Of a stretch of 64,000 nt of DNA, positions 57,415-64,000 are shown one piece after another. Below the pieces are notes generated by a model. It was not told where the DNA came from and made no database searches. It worked only from the letters and a program-made list of their open reading frames with translations. How positions within the stretch are numbered: the first letter of the stretch is position 1; each line of letters begins with the position of its first letter. Source of the DNA: Parachlamydiales bacterium (GTDB lineage: Bacteria; Chlamydiota; Chlamydiia; Chlamydiales; Rhabdochlamydiaceae); assembly GCA_963705295.1 (NCBI GenBank), contig OY970065.1, forward strand, positions 480,001-544,000, in the 5' to 3' direction. A program made the translations under genes and the position numbers.

Positions 57415-58403
57415 AGATGTTCTTCCTTGATGGCTCTTTGCAACAACATTTTCACTGCACCCTGCGGGTTCATGTTTTCGTATATAACCGCATATACAGC
57501 ATCTGTGATCGGCACTTCAATACCCGCTTTTTGAGCCAGTTGCCGAGCAGAGAACACCGTATAAGCTCCCTCCACTACCATACCGACTTTGGCTTTCGCT
57601 TGCTCCACATCTAACCCTTTTGCAATCCAATGTCCAAACGCATAGTTACGACTCAATTTCGATAGACATGTCACACATAAATCTCCAAGACCGGATAAAC
57701 CATTCAAGGTTTCTTGTTTTGCATTCTTCGTCACCGACAATTTTCGCATTTCGTGCAATCCCCTTGTCATGAGTGCAGCCTTTGTATTATCCCCAAATCC
57801 CAAACCATCCGAAATACCGCAAGCAATAGCAATGATATTTTTCATCGCTCCGCCAAAAGCAACTCCGTTGATATCTCCATTGGGATAAATCCGAAAGTAC
57901 GGAGTAGAAAAAAGATCGTGGATCTGATTCATCAAACTCGCCTCGTACGCAGAACAAACAATCGATGTCGGCAGCTTTGCAATCACTTCCTCTGCGTGGC
58001 TCGGGCCGCTCAAACACCCAACCCTCTCCTTCTTTCCCAGCACATCCACCACCACTTCGGGCAGCAAAAGACAACTATTTTGCTCAATCCCTTTCGATGT
58101 CACCACAATCGGACAATTCACACCCCCCATCTTCCTCACCTCTTCAAAGACCGGCCGAATTCCCATTGATGTAACCGATTCGACCAAGAATTCGATTCCT
58201 TCAAGAGCATCCCCAAGATCACTCGTAAACACGACTTTTTCATCAGCCTTGTATCCCGGTAATTTCGGATGCTCCCTTGTTTTTTTCAACCGCTCTGCAA
58301 CGTCTTTCTGCTTTGTCCACAGAACCACCTCATTCCCTTTCGACCCCAAAAGAGAAGCCAAGCAAAACCCCCAAGTTCCTGCCCCCAAATAACCGATTTT
58401 CAT
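57411..58403 (-). CDS. gpsA: NAD(P)H-dependent glycerol-3-phosphate dehydrogenase
   Basis: GAGTWG, SKGIE, SGPSHA, KNIIAIA, GLGDL, SRN, VEG. Confidence 0.96.
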   Translation of the reverse strand: MKIGYLGAGTWGFCLASLLGSKGNEVVLWTKQKDVAERLKKTREHPKLPGYKADEKVVFTSDLGDALEGIEFLVESVTSMGIRPVFEEVRKMGGVNCPIVVTSKGIEQNSCLLLPEVVVDVLGKKERVGCLSGPSHAEEVIAKLPTSIVCSAYEASLMNQIHDLFSTPYFRIYPNGDINGVAFGGAMKNIIAIACGISDGLGFGDNTKAALMTRGLHEMRKLSVTKNAKQETLNGLSGLGDLCVTCLSKLSRNYAFGHWIAKGLDVEQAKAKVGMVVEGAYTVFSARQLAQKAGIEVPITDAVYAVIYENMNPQGAVKMLLQRAIKEEHL

Positions 58404-58516
58404 TCTTTGCAGCCTAACATAATTTAGTTATCCGTAGGTAAAAAAATTAAGTTTGATATAAAAAAAATTATCATCTAAGATTTTCTTTAATCGCTTGGTT
58501 ATTTTAAGGAGACAGC

Positions 58517-59719
58517 ATGAAAAAATCGATATTTAGAACAGTCTTTGCATTTTTGGTTGCAGTTGGCATCTTGCCTACGATGCATCTGAACGGTTTTTGG
58601 CCAGAAGATGTCATAGAAGCATATTTTGAAAATCTCTCGGGCAAAAAAAATTCAGATTTAGTTTCTCAGTTTCAAAAAATAAAAGAATCGCTGTCAAAGC
58701 TAGATGACGGAGTTGACCTTCTGAAATCGAATTGTCCTGTAAAGCAAGGATGTATTCGAGTGCCTGCTCGAGGAAATATTCCCGCTGCCAAAATCTTTTT
58801 CAAGATGCAAGGCGAATCTAAAAAAGGAAATCCGACACTAGTTTTTATTCATGGCACAGCTCTATCCAGCGATTCATGGTTATGTCAACAAGCGGCTTTC
58901 TGCAAAGATTTTCAAACCATTTCTCTCGATTTAAGAGGTTCCGGACGATCTCAGCAGACAGATCCTAGGCTTATTCAATATTCCATGGAAGTATTTGCTG
59001 ATGATATCCATGCTGTTCTTCAGAAGTTAGGCATTAACGAGTTTGTCTATGTCGGGCATTCGTTAGGAGCAGGGCTTGGTATTTTTTATTCCGCACGTTA
59101 TCCAGGTGAGATCACGAAGCTTGTGCTCGTATCGGGCGATCCATTGTTATTCACACCTGATTGCGCTGCTTCTCCCACTTGCACAACTCCACCCTGTCCA
59201 ACCTGTTGGCCATTTCCCGCCTTCACCGTTTCATCTCTCGTAGCAGCCACAGAGTTTGTTGATACATTTGGTCCGGTTAGCTTTGCGATAACTGAAGCAT
59301 CTACGACGGCTTTAAACGAGAGCTGTCAATCAGAACTCGTGAATGCACAAGGATTACTTGTTACACAAGTCATCCAAACAGGGTTTCCTATATTCGTAAA
59401 TATTGTTGTAAATGCTGACGCAACCGATTTGAGATCTCTTCTGAATGGAATATCCGTTCCGACGCTAATTTGTGTCGGTAGTATCGATGCAACAGTTCCA
59501 CCAGGAGCTAGTTTCTACATGAATACCCAAATCCCCCATTCAATTCTTGCTGAATTTATTGGGAAAGGACATTTTTTAATGCAAACTGACTATAGGGCTT
59601 TTAATAAATTGCTTAGAAAATTTGTTAACGATAAAAAGCTTCCTGCTTTTCAACAAATTGCCGATCCTTGCGTTGTCTGCCCTCTATTACAACCTACCCG
59701 TTTCGATCCCTGTCTTTAA
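58517..59719 (+). CDS. Secreted alpha/beta hydrolase
   Basis: Signal peptide, FIHG, DLRGSGRS, GHSLG nucleophile elbow, GSID, GH. Confidence 0.9.
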   Translation: MKKSIFRTVFAFLVAVGILPTMHLNGFWPEDVIEAYFENLSGKKNSDLVSQFQKIKESLSKLDDGVDLLKSNCPVKQGCIRVPARGNIPAAKIFFKMQGESKKGNPTLVFIHGTALSSDSWLCQQAAFCKDFQTISLDLRGSGRSQQTDPRLIQYSMEVFADDIHAVLQKLGINEFVYVGHSLGAGLGIFYSARYPGEITKLVLVSGDPLLFTPDCAASPTCTTPPCPTCWPFPAFTVSSLVAATEFVDTFGPVSFAITEASTTALNESCQSELVNAQGLLVTQVIQTGFPIFVNIVVNADATDLRSLLNGISVPTLICVGSIDATVPPGASFYMNTQIPHSILAEFIGKGHFLMQTDYRAFNKLLRKFVNDKKLPAFQQIADPCVVCPLLQPTRFDPCL

Positions 59720-59765
59720 ATGTTATAAACTGAGAGAGCTGAGCTCTCCCAATAAAGGAGAATGA

Positions 59766-61370
59766 ATGAATAAAGTGCAATTAACAGTCTTGGTCTTGAT
59801 GGCCGTGTTTGGTAGCAACAATCTCCAAGCAAAAGAGCAAAAAAAATTCCAACAGTGCGATAAAACATTTAATACAGCCGAATGGCGATCTTTAAACCAT
59901 GATCACTGCAACTCACGAAACAATCCGCGCGAACACAAAATAAAACCGACCAATGTTGCTGGTCTGCAATTATTATGGCAGCACACAGAAGATCCTACTG
60001 CATCAGTGGAAGCATCTCCTGTCATTGCCGATGGTGTTGTGTATTATGCTGATATTAAGGGGAACGTTTTTGCGCGCAAAGCATCCAATGGTACTCTGAT
60101 ATGGCAGACAAATGTGGGAGCGGAAGTAGATGCGTCGCCTCTCATTGCAGAAGAGCATATTTACATCGCTGCGAATGATATCAAACTATATAAACTCCGC
60201 CGTTCAGATGGAGTTATAGTCGCATCGGTGATTATCGATCCTGTGGCACTTGCAACAGGTCAAGCTGGAATTCAAGCCTCTCCCGTGATCGTGGACGACT
60301 TGATCATTATTGGTGTATCTACAGGCAATAATTCAGAATTGACAACAGCAAACATTATCTTTCACGGAACCCTCAATGCCTTCAAAGCTGGATCTTTGGA
60401 TTTTGTTTGGAGTTTCAACCCAAGTCCCGCTAAGAAAAAAGATCTTACATTGAGTTCTGGTGTGGGAATTTGGTCGACTCCGGCTATCGATAAGAAAAGA
60501 AAATTACTCTATGTTGGAACTGGGAATACCATTCTGCCACCTGCAGCACCATTATCCGATTCTCTTTTGGCGATCGATTTTACAACAGGGACCTTGGTTT
60601 GGCAAAACGAATTTCTCGCGGGGGATGTTTATGGTTACACGCATCAATGTGGACCCGATAGAGATATAGGAGCCAGCCCCAATTTATTCACTGCTGAAAT
60701 AAAAGATAGCTCTGGTCAAAAACAAGCCCGTGATTTAGTCGGCGTTTGTGGCAAACAAGGGTTCTACCGAGCCATTGACCGTGACACTGGAGAAACCGTT
60801 TGGGAAACCGTCATTTCAAGTACAGGAACATTCTTTGGAAATCCGAGTGCTGCTGTTAATGGAAATACGATTTATGTAGCAGCATCCGAGGATCCGAATA
60901 ACTTGACGAGCGGATTTCTCGCTGTTCAGTTTCAACAATTTGGTGTTTGTAATGTATTAAGTGGATTTCTTGGCCTACCTTGCACAGGTATTTGCAATGA
61001 TCTCTTTGGTGCGGGAGCGAATCAATTATTAAATGCCATTTTGGGTGTTGGTCCGGATGGAGTAGCTCCAATAGGTATGGTTACAAACATCAAAGCTCTC
61101 AATACAGCCAATGGGAAAGTTAAATGGACCAATGTATCTCCGAGTGTCACCTTTGGATCGATTACCACAGCAAATGGCATCGTTTATCAAGGCAACCTGC
61201 TGGGGCAAATACGTTGTTTAGACGCTGAGTCTGGCACACTTCTGAAACAAATTAATACTGTTGTCTTTAATTTTGACTCACCTTTCAGTATTTCTCAAGG
61301 CAGATTATTCATAGGGCAGGGTGCAGAAGGATTAGGTAACGGTGGTATAGCAGTTTATTCGGTACCTTAA
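59766..61370 (+). CDS. Secreted PQQ-binding-like beta-propeller protein (polyvinyl-alcohol-dehydrogenase-like)
   Basis: Signal peptide, repeated A....G...W blades, GIWSTPAID, YVGTGN, DIGASP. Confidence 0.85.
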   Translation: MNKVQLTVLVLMAVFGSNNLQAKEQKKFQQCDKTFNTAEWRSLNHDHCNSRNNPREHKIKPTNVAGLQLLWQHTEDPTASVEASPVIADGVVYYADIKGNVFARKASNGTLIWQTNVGAEVDASPLIAEEHIYIAANDIKLYKLRRSDGVIVASVIIDPVALATGQAGIQASPVIVDDLIIIGVSTGNNSELTTANIIFHGTLNAFKAGSLDFVWSFNPSPAKKKDLTLSSGVGIWSTPAIDKKRKLLYVGTGNTILPPAAPLSDSLLAIDFTTGTLVWQNEFLAGDVYGYTHQCGPDRDIGASPNLFTAEIKDSSGQKQARDLVGVCGKQGFYRAIDRDTGETVWETVISSTGTFFGNPSAAVNGNTIYVAASEDPNNLTSGFLAVQFQQFGVCNVLSGFLGLPCTGICNDLFGAGANQLLNAILGVGPDGVAPIGMVTNIKALNTANGKVKWTNVSPSVTFGSITTANGIVYQGNLLGQIRCLDAESGTLLKQINTVVFNFDSPFSISQGRLFIGQGAEGLGNGGIAVYSVP

Positions 61371-61419
61371 GTGAGAAAGTTGAAAAATTATGACTACAAA
61401 AAAATTATAAGGAGAAACC

Positions 61420-63012
61420 ATGAATAAACATTTCACAATACTTGTTCTTCTGCTTGCATTACGAAGTTTTGGACTTCAAGCAGAAGAGTCATGTCAATGT
61501 CGAAAATTCTGTGATAAAACTTTTCGAACAGACAACTGGTTGTCTTTAAACCACGACCATTGCAATACACGGAATAATCCTCGCGAACGTGCGATTTCCA
61601 CCAAGAATGTCAATAAGTTGAAATTATTATGGGAGCAACCCGGTGCGCCCGGTGCGAGTGTCCAAGCACCTGCTGGTGTCGATAAAGGCATTGTTTACTA
61701 TGGAGATATTGCGGGAAACTTATTTGCTCGAAACACATCCGATGGATCTCTCGTTTGGCAAGTTAATATCGGTGCTGAAATCGAAACTGCACCGCTGATT
61801 ACGGAAAATTTCATTTATCTTGTGACCAGTAATGATTTGAAATTGAGGAAAATCAATAAATCAAACGGAGTGGAAGTTGCATCCGTTGTGATAGATCCAG
61901 TTGCTTTAGCTACGGGTCAAGCTGAAGTTCAAGCATCCCCCGTTCGTGTGAACGATCTGATCATTATTGGTGTCTCAACCAACAATAATACAGAGTTAAC
62001 TACTGCAAATATCATTTTCCATGGTACTTTGAATGCATTTAACTCAGACACACTCAATCTGAAATGGAGTTTTAATCCACAACCGATCATTGATAGCGAC
62101 CCGTCCCTTTCTGCGGGAGTTGGAATATGGTCGACACCTGCTATCGATAAAAAACGGAAACTTCTTTATGTAGGAACTGGAAACACCATCCTTCCTCCTG
62201 TTTCAAACAAGTCAGATTCTCTTCTTGCAATCAATTTCAAGAATGGAAAACTCGTCTGGCATCGCCGATTTGTTAAAGGCGATGTTTATGGTTATCTTCA
62301 TCAATGTGGCTCCGATCAAGACATCGGCGCTAGTCCAAATTTATTTACAGCCAATATAAAAGGACAATCTAGAGATTTAGTTGGTGTTTGTGGAAAGTCG
62401 GGCGTCTATCGGACATTCGATCGAGAGACAGGTGAGTTTATTTGGGAAACTATTATTTCCGATACAGGAACTTTTTTTGGAAATGCAAGTGCTGCTTTTT
62501 CAAATGGTACAATTTATGCCATCTGTAACGAAGATCCCAATAGTGTAACCAATGGAGCGCTTGCTGTTCAATTCCAACAATTCATTGTTTGCAGTGGTTT
62601 ATCAACAGGACCACAAGCTCCTTGTCTTGCAATTTGTGGAGCGCTTTTCGGAGAAGGTGCTCTCCTTGTATCAAATGCAGTTTTAGGTCTCGGACCTGAT
62701 GGAGTTTCACCCACTGGACTCATAACGAAAATAAAAGCTCTGAATGCTGCGACGGGGGCAGTTAAATGGACCGATATTTCGATGGGAGCAACTTTCGGTT
62801 CACTCACAGTTGCAAATGGAGTGCTTTATCATGGAAATATCCCAGGATTGCTCCGCTGTCTGGATGCGAAAACTGGTGCTCTTTTGAAAGAAATACCCAC
62901 CGTTCCTTTCAATTTTGCCTCTCCCTTTACTGTTTCTGATGGAAAGGTTTTCACCGGCCAAGGCGTCGATGGTTTGGGAAATACAGGTATCGCTGTTTAT
63001 TCTGTAAAATAA
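61420..63012 (+). CDS. Secreted PQQ-binding-like beta-propeller protein, tandem paralog
   Basis: Long identical stretches with the upstream gene, e.g. GVGIWSTPAIDKKRKLLYVGTGNTILPP. Confidence 0.85.
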   Translation: MNKHFTILVLLLALRSFGLQAEESCQCRKFCDKTFRTDNWLSLNHDHCNTRNNPRERAISTKNVNKLKLLWEQPGAPGASVQAPAGVDKGIVYYGDIAGNLFARNTSDGSLVWQVNIGAEIETAPLITENFIYLVTSNDLKLRKINKSNGVEVASVVIDPVALATGQAEVQASPVRVNDLIIIGVSTNNNTELTTANIIFHGTLNAFNSDTLNLKWSFNPQPIIDSDPSLSAGVGIWSTPAIDKKRKLLYVGTGNTILPPVSNKSDSLLAINFKNGKLVWHRRFVKGDVYGYLHQCGSDQDIGASPNLFTANIKGQSRDLVGVCGKSGVYRTFDRETGEFIWETIISDTGTFFGNASAAFSNGTIYAICNEDPNSVTNGALAVQFQQFIVCSGLSTGPQAPCLAICGALFGEGALLVSNAVLGLGPDGVSPTGLITKIKALNAATGAVKWTDISMGATFGSLTVANGVLYHGNIPGLLRCLDAKTGALLKEIPTVPFNFASPFTVSDGKVFTGQGVDGLGNTGIAVYSVK

Positions 63013-63016
63013 TAAA

Positions 63017-63036
63017 AGGCTGGAGAAATCCAGCCT
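63017..63036. terminator. Putative terminator hairpin
   Basis: AGGCTGGA-GAAA-TCCAGCCT directly after the stop, between convergent genes. Confidence 0.55.
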
Positions 63037-63080
63037 GTCTATCTTGTTAATCTTAGATACCTCTAATTTTATATAATTTT

Positions 63081-63623
63081 TTATATACAAGAAAAAGGGA
63101 GAACGATTCCACAAGAATAATCTTTTTGAATAGAAATGGGCATATATTTTAAACGGTCGTTTTTCAAATGCAAACCCCCACCGGGTTGAATATCAAATTG
63201 CACGCTTTTTAAGGAGGCATGGAGTCCCGTTCCGGTTTGTTTCAGGTAAGCTTCTTTGGCAACCCAAAGATCAAAAAAGGCTTTTCTCTGGTCCTTTAGA
63301 AGAGAAAATTGCTCTAGCTCGTTTTCTGTCAGGGCATCTTCTAAAATCTCTTGAAAGTCGAACGATGGGTCGTGGTATTCGATATCGATTCCTATTTCAT
63401 GTTGAAAGGAAAATGCAAAAACCATCAGATCTTTTGAATCCGAAGTGTTGAAATAGAGACCTGGGTAGTGGGGTTTTCCGTAAGGGCCCCGTGTAATTTG
63501 AATGGTGTTTGGATCTTGATTTAAAAGTTTACCCATCAATGCTTTCAACAAAGTCTGCTTGGGTTGTGAGGAGAATGCGACAGCTAAATAAATATCAAGA
63601 TTCGAGAGCTTGACGCAGTCCAT
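63081..63623 (-). CDS. 4'-phosphopantetheinyl transferase (Sfp type)
   Basis: YGKP, FNTS.S, IGIDIE, FFDLWVAKEAYLKQTGTG; AGGAG RBS before ATG 63623. Confidence 0.9.
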   Translation of the reverse strand: MDCVKLSNLDIYLAVAFSSQPKQTLLKALMGKLLNQDPNTIQITRGPYGKPHYPGLYFNTSDSKDLMVFAFSFQHEIGIDIEYHDPSFDFQEILEDALTENELEQFSLLKDQRKAFFDLWVAKEAYLKQTGTGLHASLKSVQFDIQPGGGLHLKNDRLKYMPISIQKDYSCGIVLPFSCI

Positions 63624-64000
63624 CGGCCACTCCTGCAATAAAAGGGTCAGAAAATAAAAAGTCATGGGCACCATCGATGAGATAACTTTTTAGATGGGGC
63701 ACCCATGGTTTAAGGCCATTAAATGGATCTGTGGATCCTTCCTTTGCTTTTAAAAGAGAGGCTTTTCCTTCATAGATGTGCGGTTCATAGGCGCTCAAGA
63801 GCTTTTGTGTTTGTCTCATCTCTGCGGCAATCGCCCTCCCTTCCTCAGAGTCAACCTCCAATCCGTAAGGGGCCAAAACATTATCCAAGATTTCGGGAGT
63901 GATTTCTCCACCGGCTTCATAGAAGGTGTCGATGAGGAAGATCTGCGCTTCAGAAACGAGCTGGTGAGCCATTTCGAGTGCGACGGTTCCCCCAAACGAC
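63595..64000 (-). CDS. C-terminal thioesterase domain of an NRPS/PKS-type protein (truncated by the window edge)
   Basis: The minus-strand frame from the edge reads SFGGTVALEMAHQL (GxSxG), then LIDT and DGAH; the gene overlaps the PPTase start. Confidence 0.8.
   Translation of the reverse strand, partial: SFGGTVALEMAHQLVSEAQIFLIDTFYEAGGEITPEILDNVLAPYGLEVDSEEGRAIAAEMRQTQKLLSAYEPHIYEGKASLLKAKEGSTDPFNGLKPWVPHLKSYLIDGAHDFLFSDPFIAGVADGLRQALES

Noticed and set aside
1..64000. Prophage, transposase, integrase, reverse transcriptase or rRNA genes
   Set aside because: No ORF or sequence with the relevant motifs was recognised. The many short ORFs nested in long genes were treated as shadows.

Overview
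A 64-kb chromosomal segment from an environmental Chlamydiota bacterium. This assignment is inferred from chlamydia-type synteny (lpdA-lipA, glgC plus metallophosphoesterase, pbp2 divergent from tRNA-Gly-rpsB-tsf-pyrH-frr-tRNA-Glu-tRNA-Lys, mcsA-mcsB) and from eukaryote-like domains. Core genes alternate with single inserted accessory genes (BTB-LRR, AAA-ATPase/nuclease, GxxExxY, Fic, phosphoesterase). The window also holds polysaccharide genes (rmlCDB, kdsB, UXS, GAE, wza, degenerate wzc), a hydrolase plus two PQQ beta-propeller genes, and the end of an NRPS/PKS-type thioesterase next to a PPTase. The most striking structure is a three-gene module present twice, at about 7.7-12.5 kb and 27.3-32.4 kb. 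Each copy has a small SH2-like protein, a MATE transporter and a giant OppA-domain protein that lacks a signal peptide and carries a conserved 490-640 aa N-terminal region I cannot assign. Other oddities are two families of palindromic MITE/REP-like elements, a duplicated tRNA-Lys 3' end, a frameshifted rpsB, and local C/G skews that converge on accessory-gene insertion sites. All calls come from reading motifs by eye; no database searches were run.
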